A stretch of DNA of 64,000 bases from an uncultured SAR86 cluster bacterium (lineage in GTDB: Bacteria; Pseudomonadota; Gammaproteobacteria; Magnimaribacterales; AG-339-G14). A program made the translations under genes and the position numbers. Below are positions 49,590 to 59,417 of this stretch, piece by piece. The stretch spans positions 216,145 to 280,144 of the forward strand of contig CACDKN010000001.1 of the NCBI GenBank assembly GCA_902553315.1, in the 5' to 3' direction. The notes beneath the pieces are model-generated. The model was not told the DNA's origin, searched no databases, and saw only the letters and a program-made list of their open reading frames with translations. How positions within the stretch are numbered: position 1 is the stretch's first letter; each line of letters opens with the position of its first letter.

Positions 49590-50227
49590 AATTTCCAACA
49601 TGGCTTAGATGGACGATATTCGCAATAATTCTTTTTACTTCTTTGATCCTCCCGCTGACTCTTTTTGAAGGTCCTCTTTCTAATTACGGCGAAACCGTCT
49701 TGGATTGGGCTGGTAATAATGAATTATTTATCGCCATAGTGGTGATAATTGCCTTGACTGCCGATGTTCTTTTACCCGTGCCAAATGGATTAACAAATAC
49801 ATTAGCTGGCATCTCACTGGGCTGGGCGCTTGCATCGTTTGTTGTTTGGATAGGCTTGAACTTTGGAGCTTGTGTTGGCTATATTTTAGGTAGATTTGCA
49901 GCAAGACCTTTGGCAAAAAAAATGATAAGTGAAAGTGATTTTATTGAGGCTGAAAAATCGTTAAACAATTTTAGCGTTCTAGGGTTAATTCTTTCAAGAC
50001 CAGTTCCGGCTTTTGCCGAGCTTATTACTATAAGTGCTGGACTAGCAAAAATGCCCTTCAAAAATTTTTTGGTTGTAATTGGATTAACTAATATTGGCGT
50101 GGCTGTTATTTTTTCGGGTATTGGCGCAGCTGCTATGGAAACAAATTCATCTACATTAGCTCTTATTGGAGCTGCAATATTGCCTGCTGGACTCTATTGG
50201 GCTTATTACAAGTTCTTAAAAAAATAA
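49586..50227 (+). CDS. DedA/VTT (TVP38/TMEM64) family membrane protein
   Basis: 213 aa, polytopic, with an LPVPNG...AG motif. It overlaps the sulfatase gene by 4 nt. Confidence 0.6.
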   Translation: MKFPTWLRWTIFAIILFTSLILPLTLFEGPLSNYGETVLDWAGNNELFIAIVVIIALTADVLLPVPNGLTNTLAGISLGWALASFVVWIGLNFGACVGYILGRFAARPLAKKMISESDFIEAEKSLNNFSVLGLILSRPVPAFAELITISAGLAKMPFKNFLVVIGLTNIGVAVIFSGIGAAAMETNSSTLALIGAAILPAGLYWAYYKFLKK

Positions 50228-50233
50228 AAGCTC

Positions 50234-52717
50234 TTAAAAGGATTGCTGATAAGTTAACTTCCACTCTTCCCCAGGAGCGTAATAAGTTGTTTGAAAACTT
50301 GCAAGAAAAGGATCTCCAAATTGAGCGTAGCCATATAATTCGTCTGTTATATTTTTTCCAATTAAAGAAATGGTCTGACTATCAGAAATTTGCCAACTCG
50401 AGTTAAAGTCCAAAGTTGAATAGCTATGAAGCTGAGAATAGTCGTAAAGCTCTGTAGTTGTGAAATCGTCGCCAACATGAGTCCAACTGAGAGAAGTTAA
50501 TACAGATCCTCCCCTTAAAGAAAAGTTATGCAAAAACGTAAAATTCGTTCTAGATTCAGGACCCTCTGCATCATAAGCATATTTTGTAAAGTCGTTACCA
50601 CTGTCGTCAAAAAACTCTTTGTATTTTCCTCCGTAAACTCCTCTAGAAGACAATAAGGATAGATTGTCCGTTAATGAAAATTTCAATTCGATTTCATAAC
50701 CGTCCACTTCAGCTTTTTGAATGGGGACAGTAACTATAGAAGCAACTCCGTTTTGAGCAATCTTTCCAATAGTCCTTTGGTTATTGACGTATTCAAAGAA
50801 AAATAAATTTGCGTTCAACTGCAGTCTATTGCTCAGGTAAGTTCCTTTGGTTCCGATTTCATAATTGTCCGCAGTTTCTGCTGGGAAGCCTGTAACTTTG
50901 TCGTCATTACTAAATCCCCCAGAGGCAAAGCCCTTTGCATAAGAAAAGTATATTAAAGAGTCATTATTCAAAGAATAATCGATAGCAAATCTGGAAGAAT
51001 CGTTTTTAAACTCTTCATTTCCAAGACAATAGGAGTCTTTATAAAAAGTTCCAGCAGGTCCAAAATTTAAAGCAGTGCCTTGAAAAAATGTTTGAGAGCA
51101 TGTTTGCGCTACGGGCGATCTCACACCTCCAAAGCCATTACTCAGCCCAGGAATTATTGCGTCTGAATAAGTTTTTACCATCTTGTTTTCCTTGGATGTT
51201 CTGAAACCAAGTGTCATGTTAGTTTTATCATTCAATGCATATGTGCCTTCAAAGAAATATGCGGTAGAGTCATTTTCTGCAAAAGTAGTTTGCTGAGAAC
51301 TAAAAGCTTGTAAACTTTGAACAGTTGCACAGTATCTGGCTTGGGTAGCTGGGTCAGAACAATCTTTTCCTAACAAAGCAAACACAGAAGCCAGCATGAC
51401 ATTAGCTCTTGCATCAACTGATGCTTGGGTTTCATCAGTTCCGACTCCGTCATAATACATTGTGTTGAGTTGATTAATACCGGTTTCATCAAAAGTATAA
51501 GCACCAATAACGTAATCAAGTTTTCCATTTAAAGCTTTGCCAGACCACCTCAGTTCAATTTGATTTGCGTTGGCATCGTTTACGATGTCTCTTGGATCGA
51601 GATATCCGGCAGCTTTTTTACCGTCTGATGGCAAAGCATTTGAAGGTCTATTGCCACCAACACTTAACCCTAGATTTCCATTTAAAGAATCCAATTGAGT
51701 GCTTCCTATCAAAAGCTTTAAGTTGCCATGATCATTAGAATAATTAAAATCTAAAGTTGTTCTCTCTAAATCATCCTCTACTCTCGGACTGCTCAGAGAA
51801 GTGCCACTCACTCCAGGAACGCTAGCGTTGCAATTATTCTGAATGGCTGCAGCTAGCGTTGGATCAGCAACTGCAGCAGCTCCCATTAAAGCTGAAGCGT
51901 TTATACCAACAACTCCAGTACCATTCAAAGGGTGGGCAACGATTTTACAGGCTCCTAGTGCTCGACTTCCATCTCTGTTGTAAATAACGTGAGAAAGGTT
52001 AAGAGTAAAATCGTCGTTAAATTTATACAAACCAGACAGTCTTAAAGTTTCAGCATCTATTTCTCCGGAAAAATCATTCAAAGTATTGTTGTAAATGTAT
52101 CCATCTTGTCTCTCGCTACTATACGACACCCTTAACCCTGAATTAGCCGAAATAGGTAAATTAGCCATAAAAGCCAATTCATCTCTAGAATCACTACCCA
52201 CACCAATTCTGACTTTAAAATTTTCTCCTTCCAGGTTTGGCTTATTGTAAAAAAAGGAAACGGCCCCAACAGTTGAGTTTTTTCCAAATAAAGTTCCTTG
52301 GGGTCCTTTTAGAACTTCGACCCTGTTTAAATCCCAAAGGTCTAGGAAATTTCCTTGAGTTCTCGAGACATAAATTCCATCAATATATGTTGCCGCTTGA
52401 GACTCTGAAGTTACCGAAAATCCACTTCCGCCAACACCCCTTATTGTTACTGCTGCTGTTCCATAAGCACCATTCTTAACAACCTGAAGATTAGGCGAAA
52501 CTCGATCGAGATCTTCGTAGGTGAAAATGCCAACTTCTTCAAGAGTTTCACCAGAAAAAGCTGAAATCGAAATAGGTACAGATTGAGAACCTTCTTCACG
52601 TTTTCTTGCGGTAACTATGACTTCTTCAGAAATATTACTGAAAGTATTTTGACTAGATTGAGAAAATCCTAAAACAGGGTTTAATAAAATAGTTATTAAT
52701 AAAATTCTTAAGTGCAC
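50234..52717 (-). CDS. TonB-dependent receptor
   Basis: 827 aa with a signal peptide, a plug region (EEVIVTARKREEGSQSVP) and a C-terminal ...YQQSF. Confidence 0.85.
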   Translation of the reverse strand: MHLRILLITILLNPVLGFSQSSQNTFSNISEEVIVTARKREEGSQSVPISISAFSGETLEEVGIFTYEDLDRVSPNLQVVKNGAYGTAAVTIRGVGGSGFSVTSESQAATYIDGIYVSRTQGNFLDLWDLNRVEVLKGPQGTLFGKNSTVGAVSFFYNKPNLEGENFKVRIGVGSDSRDELAFMANLPISANSGLRVSYSSERQDGYIYNNTLNDFSGEIDAETLRLSGLYKFNDDFTLNLSHVIYNRDGSRALGACKIVAHPLNGTGVVGINASALMGAAAVADPTLAAAIQNNCNASVPGVSGTSLSSPRVEDDLERTTLDFNYSNDHGNLKLLIGSTQLDSLNGNLGLSVGGNRPSNALPSDGKKAAGYLDPRDIVNDANANQIELRWSGKALNGKLDYVIGAYTFDETGINQLNTMYYDGVGTDETQASVDARANVMLASVFALLGKDCSDPATQARYCATVQSLQAFSSQQTTFAENDSTAYFFEGTYALNDKTNMTLGFRTSKENKMVKTYSDAIIPGLSNGFGGVRSPVAQTCSQTFFQGTALNFGPAGTFYKDSYCLGNEEFKNDSSRFAIDYSLNNDSLIYFSYAKGFASGGFSNDDKVTGFPAETADNYEIGTKGTYLSNRLQLNANLFFFEYVNNQRTIGKIAQNGVASIVTVPIQKAEVDGYEIELKFSLTDNLSLLSSRGVYGGKYKEFFDDSGNDFTKYAYDAEGPESRTNFTFLHNFSLRGGSVLTSLSWTHVGDDFTTTELYDYSQLHSYSTLDFNSSWQISDSQTISLIGKNITDELYGYAQFGDPFLASFQTTYYAPGEEWKLTYQQSF

Positions 52718-52823
52718 TTTCCCCCCGAAAAAAACTAAATGATAATGTAATTACTCAGCTAATCAACTATTAAATAAAAATTATAATACTGGAAAAAAAT
52801 AAAAAAATAATTATCATTTCTGT

Positions 52824-54023
52824 ATGTTAGTCAAAGAACAAAATAGGCTCTTGAAGGGCTTAATTGGGCATCTTGATGCTAAAACTAATGTAGACGCTGG
52901 AGGTATTATGAAGACCCCAGCTGACACCTACACTTGTCAAAAAAGGCTAGATTTAGAATGGGACACGTTTTTTAAAAATCATCCTCAAATTATTGGCATG
53001 TCTGGAGATTTATCCGAACCAAATAGTTATGTGACTGTTGAAGATTTTGGTTCATCAATCCTTGCTACAAGAGACGCTAAAGGAAAGTTCAAGGCATACG
53101 CTAATGTTTGTTCACATCGTGGTGCCCAAATAGAGCAAGCAAAGCGCGGGGTTAAAGCGAAATTTTCTTGTCCTTTCCACGGTTGGACTTTTGATAACAA
53201 TGGAGCTTTAGTCGGATATCCTAAGAGTGATCAGTTTGGACAAATAGATAAAGACTGTTACGGACTGACGGAATTACCAAGTCTAGAAAAATACGGATTT
53301 CTTTGGGTTCACCCTCGATCAGATGGAGAGATAAAATTAGATGAATTATTGGGCAGTAAGTTAGAAAAAGAATTTCAAGCTTGGGATTTCGACAGATTAA
53401 TTCTTTCCAATGAAGAAGAATATCAAACAGAGATGAATTGGAAATTAGCAATCGATACTTTCGGAGAAACCTATCATTTTTCGGTTTTGCATAAAGATTC
53501 TCTTTTTCAGTCATTTCATGGCAACTGTCAGATGTTTGATAGTTTTAAGAGGAATGGAAGATTGATTTTATGTAAACGTGATATAGATGAAATGAGAAAA
53601 TTACCCGAGAAAGATTGGAAGATTTGTACTGGTTCTTTACCAGTTTACTATTTGTTTCCAAACATAATTTTTATGCCCACTCCTGAGGGAGCCTTTCTCG
53701 TAAAAGAATATCCTTTAGAGAATTCACCACATAAAAGTGTTTCAAAAATTTCATTTTATTTTTATCCAGAAGCTATAGAAGCAGCTAACAAAATGGGCGT
53801 ATCCGCGGAGACCGGACAAAACCCCTTGGAAGAGTTATACAGCGCTTTTGGCAGTGTGATTAGAGACGAGGATTACGTCGCTGCAGCATCCTCACATAAA
53901 GGGTTAAATTCAGGCCATCTAGATTTTTTGACTTTTGGAAAAAATGAACCCGCACTTCATCATTATCACAATACTTATAGAGACGCTCTGGGCTTACAAA
54001 AATTGCCTTTGATAAAGGTTTAA
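52824..54023 (+). CDS. Rieske [2Fe-2S] non-heme-iron oxygenase, alpha subunit
   Basis: 399 aa with the Rieske motif CSHRG...CPFHGW and the mononuclear-iron region DTFGETYHFSVLH. Confidence 0.8.
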   Translation: MLVKEQNRLLKGLIGHLDAKTNVDAGGIMKTPADTYTCQKRLDLEWDTFFKNHPQIIGMSGDLSEPNSYVTVEDFGSSILATRDAKGKFKAYANVCSHRGAQIEQAKRGVKAKFSCPFHGWTFDNNGALVGYPKSDQFGQIDKDCYGLTELPSLEKYGFLWVHPRSDGEIKLDELLGSKLEKEFQAWDFDRLILSNEEEYQTEMNWKLAIDTFGETYHFSVLHKDSLFQSFHGNCQMFDSFKRNGRLILCKRDIDEMRKLPEKDWKICTGSLPVYYLFPNIIFMPTPEGAFLVKEYPLENSPHKSVSKISFYFYPEAIEAANKMGVSAETGQNPLEELYSAFGSVIRDEDYVAAASSHKGLNSGHLDFLTFGKNEPALHHYHNTYRDALGLQKLPLIKV

Positions 54024-54026
54024 AAA

Positions 54027-54761
54027 ATGATCGATTTATATTACGCGCCAACTCCTAATGGTTGGAAGATTTCGATAATGCTTGAAGAGTGTGGAATGGA
54101 TTACAAAGTAGTGTTTGTAAATTTGGGTAGCGGCGATCAATTTAAACCTGATTTTTTAAAGATAAGTCCCAACAATAGAATGCCAGTAATTGTTGATCAT
54201 GAAAATATTGTTAATGGTGAGCCGATAAGTGTGTTCGAGTCTGGCGCTATTTTGATGTACTTAGCAGAAAAGGCTGGGAAGTTTTTTCCTCAAACTTCGC
54301 CTGAAAGAGAAAGGGTTCTTGAATGGTTATTTTGGCAAGTTGGCGGTTTAGGCCCAATGGCAGGACAGGTGAGTCATTTTGTAAATTACGCATCAAATTT
54401 TCCTGGCGATCATTCTTACTCTGAAAAAAGATACAAAGACGAATACGATCGTCTGCTCGGCGTAATGGATCGAGTTTTGGCTGAAAGAGAATATCTTGCC
54501 GGAGAGTATTCAATTGCAGATATGGCTTCATTCCCTTGGGTTACAGCTTACAAGCGATATGAAGTAGATTTGGATTCTTTTGCAAATGTTAGAAGGTGGT
54601 TTGATGCCATCAAGTCTAGACCAGCAGTGAGAAAGGGCATCGAAGTCGGTAAGGAGGTTAGAAATTTTGGAAAGGGTATATCCAAAGAAAGTCTAAAAAC
54701 TATGTTTAATCAAGACGCAAAGAGTATTTCAGAAATGGCAAAAGCTAAAAAAGAGGAATAA
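54027..54761 (+). CDS. Nu-class glutathione S-transferase, YfcG-like
   Basis: 244 aa. The N-terminus MIDLYYAPTPNGWKISIMLEE...ISPNNRMPVIVDH closely parallels E. coli YfcG. Confidence 0.8.
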   Translation: MIDLYYAPTPNGWKISIMLEECGMDYKVVFVNLGSGDQFKPDFLKISPNNRMPVIVDHENIVNGEPISVFESGAILMYLAEKAGKFFPQTSPERERVLEWLFWQVGGLGPMAGQVSHFVNYASNFPGDHSYSEKRYKDEYDRLLGVMDRVLAEREYLAGEYSIADMASFPWVTAYKRYEVDLDSFANVRRWFDAIKSRPAVRKGIEVGKEVRNFGKGISKESLKTMFNQDAKSISEMAKAKKEE

Positions 54762-54766
54762 TCAAA

Positions 54767-55360
54767 TTAAATTATTTTTTCTATAAGTTGAAGCCGATCA
54801 TTGCCAAAATACATATCATCTACATCAAGAAAAAAAGTTGGTGAGCCAAAGCCACCTCGATCAATTAGATTTTGGGTATTATCAATTAGTCTCTGTTTTA
54901 CTTCAGAATTATTTATGAACTCGATAAATTCTTTCGGATTGACTTCCATTTTCTCTACGAGTCTCTCTAGAAATTCATCTTCAGAAATATTTTCTCCATT
55001 GGTCCAGTAAGCTTGAAAGATTTGCTCAACATAAGGTTCTAAATTTCCGTGATCGATAAAATAAAAGCAACCTCTCATAGCCTTAACACTATTAACAGGG
55101 AAGATTTTAGGCCAATTGATTTCTATGCCTCTATAGTTAGCCCAATCTAAAAGATCTTTTTGAGAATATTCTAATTTCTCTTTTACTGGATTTTTTCTGC
55201 TTTCATAAACACTAGGATTAATAGAATTGAAAATGCCACCAACTAAAATTGGCTTCCAAATGATTTTAAAATCTTTTCTTTTTGATAGATCTAAAATTCC
55301 TTTGAATGAAAGATATGTCCAGGGACTACTGCAGTCAAAAAAATATTCTAAAGATTTCAT
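54767..55360 (-). CDS. 2-hydroxychromene-2-carboxylate isomerase family (DsbA-like thioredoxin fold)
   Basis: 197 aa with the FDCSSPWTY N-terminus and a GSPTFF...FGNDRL C-terminal region. Confidence 0.7.
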   Translation of the reverse strand: MKSLEYFFDCSSPWTYLSFKGILDLSKRKDFKIIWKPILVGGIFNSINPSVYESRKNPVKEKLEYSQKDLLDWANYRGIEINWPKIFPVNSVKAMRGCFYFIDHGNLEPYVEQIFQAYWTNGENISEDEFLERLVEKMEVNPKEFIEFINNSEVKQRLIDNTQNLIDRGGFGSPTFFLDVDDMYFGNDRLQLIEKII

Positions 55361-55363
55361 CTC

Positions 55364-56590
55364 TTAAAAATCTATTATTCCAGATTCTTTTAACGCACTT
55401 ATATCTGCTTCGCTCTTACCAAGGCTTATTAAAATTTCTTTTGTATGTTCACCAAGATCTGGGCCTTTTGCCGGAGTTTTTTTAGGTTCGTTTTTTAGAA
55501 AAACTGGACTATTTACAGTAAGGGTATCTTCTTCGAAGGCTTCGTTTTCATACTTAATCAATACTCCACTATCAAGAAATTGTTGATCGCTTGCAAGATC
55601 ATTTGATTTGTTCATGAATCCAAAAGTAACACCAGAATCTCTCAATTTATCGATAGCTTCAGTAAGGCTATATTGCAGAAATACATCTTCTAAAATTTTG
55701 TATAACTCACGAAAATTAGAATTCAATTTTTTAAAACTAGAAAATTTTGCATTCTCGTTTAAATAATTTAAATCCATTGCATCTAGAAATTTAGGCCATT
55801 CTTTAGCTGCGTCGATTATAGCCAAGAGTAAAAACCTACCGTCTTTAGTTTTGTATCTTCCTCCGAAAGGATGAAGAGGAGATTCTTCTTCTCGGTCTGG
55901 AAATTCTGCGTTGAACAATCCTGCTTGAATGTAACTACCATTTGACCAAGCTCCATTTGCCATCAATGAAGTGTAAACTTCTCCTCCTTTTCCAGTTTTC
56001 TCTCTTCTATATAAAGCTGTCATTATGCTTGCAAACAAAGCAACACCACTTGGCTGATCGCCCATACCAATCGGAACAAATCCTGGGGAAGAATTATCAG
56101 ATGGTCTCACCATATCCATCAAACCACTTCTTGCCCACCAAGCCAACACATCAAAAGCAGTTCGATGAGAGTCTTCACCGCTTTCACCATAACCAGTCAA
56201 TGATCCATAAACTAGCCTTTCGTTTGTAGGTAATAAATCCTCGGCACGTATTTTTAACTTTTCTCTAGTTTTTTTTGGCATGTTGGTGACAAATACATCT
56301 GCTTCTTTTATCAACTCCTTTAAGATTTCTTGACCTTTAGAGGTGTTTAGATCCAATGCGAGACTTTTTTTATTCCTAGAAGTTAAATGCCAACAGTAAT
56401 CTTTGTCTCCCTGTGGGTTAACTCTTCTAGTTCGCAGGATAAGATGTCTTAAACTGTCTCCTACTTTAGGAGGCTCGATTTTAATAACCTCGGCCCCAAA
56501 ATCAGAAAGTATGGTTGTGGAAGCAGGTCCAGCGATAAAGCTAGCGGCATCAATTACTTTTATTCCCTTTAATAATAAATTTTCCGACAT
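55364..56590 (-). CDS. family III CoA-transferase (CaiB/BaiF)
   Basis: 408 aa with LKGIKVIDAASFIAGP and DVFVTN motifs. Confidence 0.8.
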   Translation of the reverse strand: MSENLLLKGIKVIDAASFIAGPASTTILSDFGAEVIKIEPPKVGDSLRHLILRTRRVNPQGDKDYCWHLTSRNKKSLALDLNTSKGQEILKELIKEADVFVTNMPKKTREKLKIRAEDLLPTNERLVYGSLTGYGESGEDSHRTAFDVLAWWARSGLMDMVRPSDNSSPGFVPIGMGDQPSGVALFASIMTALYRREKTGKGGEVYTSLMANGAWSNGSYIQAGLFNAEFPDREEESPLHPFGGRYKTKDGRFLLLAIIDAAKEWPKFLDAMDLNYLNENAKFSSFKKLNSNFRELYKILEDVFLQYSLTEAIDKLRDSGVTFGFMNKSNDLASDQQFLDSGVLIKYENEAFEEDTLTVNSPVFLKNEPKKTPAKGPDLGEHTKEILISLGKSEADISALKESGIIDF

Positions 56591-56646
56591 TTAAAAATCT
56601 TTTCTCAACATAATAATATTGAGTTTGTATTTAGTCTGTCAATCAA

Positions 56647-57612
56647 CTAATTTCTTGAAAACTCATCAGTTGTTTCAATTAATAATTGAGAAATTTCTTT
56701 TTCAAAAGCCGAGTGTCCCGAAAATGGAGCAATTTTTAATTTAGATTCAGGCCAACGCGAATGTAATTCGTAAGCAGTGGTTGCTGGACAGACTACGTCA
56801 TATCTACCTTGAACAATAACTGTGGGAATATGTCTTATGGTATCAATATTATCTAGGAGCTGATTTTCATGATCTAGGAAACCATTGTTAATAAAGTAGT
56901 GATTTTCTATTTGAGCAAAAGCTAGCGCAAATTCAGCATTGATCGAATCTTTTACTGCATTTGGATTATGATTTATAAAGCTCGTTGAGGCTTCCCACTT
57001 TGACCAGGCCTTAGCAGCCGATAGTTTTTTTTCTTCATCAGATCCGTTAAAAATCTTTCTGTAAGCATCGATTAGATCAAATCTTTCGGCTTCCGGTATT
57101 TCATTTAAAAATCCTTGCCAAGCTTCAGGATAGATTTCACTTGCTCCATATTGATAAAACCATTTCAACTCTTTTTCTCTCAGCATGAAGATTCCTCTCA
57201 ATACAAGTTCTGTAACACACTCTGGGTGTTTTTGTGCATAAGCAAGTGCAAGTGTACTTCCCCAAGATCCGCCAAATACTAACCACTTTTCAATTTCTAA
57301 CTTTTTTCTTATCGTTTCTATGTCTTGGACTAAATGCCAAGTTGTATTATTTTCTAAATAAGCATGAGGTTTACTTTTTCCACAACCCCTTTGATCAAAA
57401 AGGACAATTCTGTATTTTTTTGGATTAAAAAATCTTCTTGAAAATTTACCAGCGCCACCGCCAGGACCGCCGTGAAGAAAAACGGCTGGTTTTCCTCTCG
57501 GATTCCCACATTGTTCATAATAAATTTCATGAATTCCGTCCTTAATAAAACCTGAGTCAAACGGCTCTATTGCAGGGTAAAGAATTTGTTTCTTTCTGAA
57601 GAATTTCATCAA
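56647..57612 (-). CDS. pip: prolyl aminopeptidase (proline iminopeptidase)
   Basis: 321 aa with HGGPGGG, the GGSWGSTL nucleophile elbow and a C-terminal SGHSAFE. Confidence 0.85.
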   Translation of the reverse strand: MMKFFRKKQILYPAIEPFDSGFIKDGIHEIYYEQCGNPRGKPAVFLHGGPGGGAGKFSRRFFNPKKYRIVLFDQRGCGKSKPHAYLENNTTWHLVQDIETIRKKLEIEKWLVFGGSWGSTLALAYAQKHPECVTELVLRGIFMLREKELKWFYQYGASEIYPEAWQGFLNEIPEAERFDLIDAYRKIFNGSDEEKKLSAAKAWSKWEASTSFINHNPNAVKDSINAEFALAFAQIENHYFINNGFLDHENQLLDNIDTIRHIPTVIVQGRYDVVCPATTAYELHSRWPESKLKIAPFSGHSAFEKEISQLLIETTDEFSRN

Positions 57613-57654
57613 GACATCATACTTTAGGTTTTTTTTGAAAGATATTTTTTAAAA

Positions 57655-57699
57655 GGTGCCCAGAGGTAGAATCGAACCACCGACACAAGGATTTTCAGT
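57655..57699 (-). repeat. tRNA-Phe 3'-half copy 1 (distal att-like repeat, slightly diverged)
   Basis: ggtgcccagaggtAgaatcgaaccaccgacacaaggattttcagt matches 61523-61567 with 1 mismatch. The terminal A of CCA is absent. Similarity decays over the next ~13 nt. Confidence 0.8.
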
Positions 57700-57779
57700 T
57701 CTTCGTTCGTAAGTCCTAATCCCTTTAAAGTATTACCTTTCAGACCATTTGTGTGCACACATGAAAGCAGCAATTTAAT

Positions 57780-58040
57780 TTATCTTTTAAGGGTTTTTAA
57801 TATTTCCTCAACCTTATTGTCAAAACCCTTCTCATCATTTAAGGCTTCCTTAACACATTCTTTCATATGTCTTTTTAATATTTTTCCTTCAATACTTGTA
57901 AGAGCATTTCTAACTGCCTTGATTTGATTGAGTATATCAATGCAATATTTTTCTTCATCAATCATGTTAGCAATTCCACGAACCTGTCCTTCAATTCTGT
58001 TAAGACTAGGAATTTCTTCTTTATGGCATGGACTTTTCAT
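57780..58040 (-). CDS. CsoR/RcnR/FrmR-family metal-sensing repressor, C-H-C (CsoR-type) ligand pattern
   Basis: 86 aa with Cys in KYCIDILNQ and His and Cys in KRHMKEC (H-x3-C). The protein is all-helical in the DUF156 family layout. Confidence 0.8.
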   Translation of the reverse strand: MKSPCHKEEIPSLNRIEGQVRGIANMIDEEKYCIDILNQIKAVRNALTSIEGKILKRHMKECVKEALNDEKGFDNKVEEILKTLKR

Positions 58041-58402
58041 ACGAATTTAGGAACTAAATAAGTAAATATTGTAGCAAAAATAAACAATACAACTGAAATG
58101 TAATAAACGTATCTTGATTGTTTTCTAGTTTGCATGCATAACTTGCCTAACTCAGGATCTGTGGGGCAAGGCATATAATAAGTTTTATAATTCACATATC
58201 CAGCAAAAATGATCGTCACTGAAGCAAATATTGTTATAGATAATTTATATTGAGATAAGACAATTAAAAATGGAAAGACTGTTATTAAACTTGCAAAAGA
58301 AGCACCTGCACCAATTGCAATAAATAATGAAGGAAGTGCACAACATATTAAAGTTGATGACGAGGCAAACAAGGATAAAAAATTTGCTGATTTATCTTGC
58401 AT
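58037..58402 (-). CDS. MerT-like three-TM membrane protein with CC motif
   Basis: 121 aa. TM1 carries LICCALPSL. The loop after TM2 carries C-P-x9-C (PCPTDPELGKLC). This matches MerT in size and Cys topology (CC in TM1, a Cys pair in the cytoplasmic loop). Confidence 0.55.
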   Translation of the reverse strand: MQDKSANFLSLFASSSTLICCALPSLFIAIGAGASFASLITVFPFLIVLSQYKLSITIFASVTIIFAGYVNYKTYYMPCPTDPELGKLCMQTRKQSRYVYYISVVLFIFATIFTYLVPKFV

Positions 58403-58407
58403 AATTT

Positions 58408-58821
58408 TTAAAGATTAATAACCTGCATATCAATTGCATTTTGTCCGTTTATTAGAATTTTTTCCTTGATATCATCAAAGATTATTTCATGAGCAACATT
58501 GTATGCAATTAAAACTTTTCCTTTGCTCAGATCAACGTCTACTTTTTTTACATTAGTGTCTTTTTTAAATGTTTTTTCAATACCTCTAGCACAAAAATCA
58601 CACACCATACCTTGAACATTCACGATTGCAATTTGGGTATCTTTAAGATCCATAACGAATTTATCAAATCTCTCAGGATCAACTTCTAATTTCTTACCAT
58701 CTACAAATTCTTCATGCACATGTCCTTCATGATTATGATGCATGCCGTTATGAGGGGTTTCTCCCCATGCCATTGAAGTAAAAATAAGAATTAATAATAT
58801 ATTTTTCATTTTTCCTCTCAA
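58408..58821 (-). CDS. periplasmic heavy-metal-associated (HMA) domain protein with His-rich N-terminal region
   Basis: 137 aa with a signal peptide, the His-rich stretch HNGMHHNHEGHVHEE, and an HMA fold with GMVCDFC. Confidence 0.75.
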   Translation of the reverse strand: MRGKMKNILLILIFTSMAWGETPHNGMHHNHEGHVHEEFVDGKKLEVDPERFDKFVMDLKDTQIAIVNVQGMVCDFCARGIEKTFKKDTNVKKVDVDLSKGKVLIAYNVAHEIIFDDIKEKILINGQNAIDMQVINL

Positions 58822-59417
58822 AATCTATACATTAGATGAATATCCCATTCAGTTTTTTTGCTATAACCAAACTCCATAAGAACATTTCCTTTAAAAAATT
58901 TTAACACAGGGTAAGTTGACCACTTATTCTCAAGAGAATTATCTTTTGCCTTAATCATTATCCATGTGTGCAAGTCACCGTAATCACCAAGATAGGGTGC
59001 AACTCCTATTTGATAGTATTGTTCTAAATAGTCTTGAATTTTTCTTTCAGTTTCCTTTATTCCAAAACCAACAAATAATCTTCTTGTTTCCCAATCTCCA
59101 TGTACACCATAAAAAAATTCATCAAAACCTTTTGAACTAACACCAGATTGAAAATACAAATTTCTTTGAGAGTTTTCAGTATTCTTTCTATTTATCAAGT
59201 ATGTATATCTAACATATGAATAATTATCATTAAAATATTTATTTCTCATAACTTCAATCCCAATCGAGTATTTATAGGATGGCGAATAATGGTAGTAGAT
59301 AGAATTTTTTATGTTATCTGAAAATGCCATTATGGTTGAACCACCTGTGTAAGATATAGGTCTAGCATCAAGTCCAAACGACATGACAGACAAGAGACAA
59401 ATAATTCTTATACCCAT
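58818..59417 (-). CDS. putative small outer-membrane beta-barrel protein
   Basis: 199 aa with a signal peptide, an alternating aromatic/polar strand pattern and a C-terminal ...LMYRF. No recognisable SD precedes the ATG. Confidence 0.45.
   Translation of the reverse strand: MGIRIICLLSVMSFGLDARPISYTGGSTIMAFSDNIKNSIYYHYSPSYKYSIGIEVMRNKYFNDNYSYVRYTYLINRKNTENSQRNLYFQSGVSSKGFDEFFYGVHGDWETRRLFVGFGIKETERKIQDYLEQYYQIGVAPYLGDYGDLHTWIMIKAKDNSLENKWSTYPVLKFFKGNVLMEFGYSKKTEWDIHLMYRF

Noticed and set aside
52718-52823. Fur-box-like AT-rich stretches (aatgataatgtaattac, aataattatcattt) between the second TBDR gene and the Rieske gene.
   Set aside because: The best hand alignment to the 19-bp Fur consensus gave only about 12/19 matches. 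In DNA this AT-rich, that is not distinguishable from chance.
57750-57761. A perfect 12-bp palindrome TGTGTGCACACA 19 nt downstream of the CsoR-family gene stop.
   Set aside because: It has no loop and no following T-run, so it is not a convincing terminator. It is a single occurrence with no identifiable partner site. I note it only as a possible protein-binding site at the islet A end.
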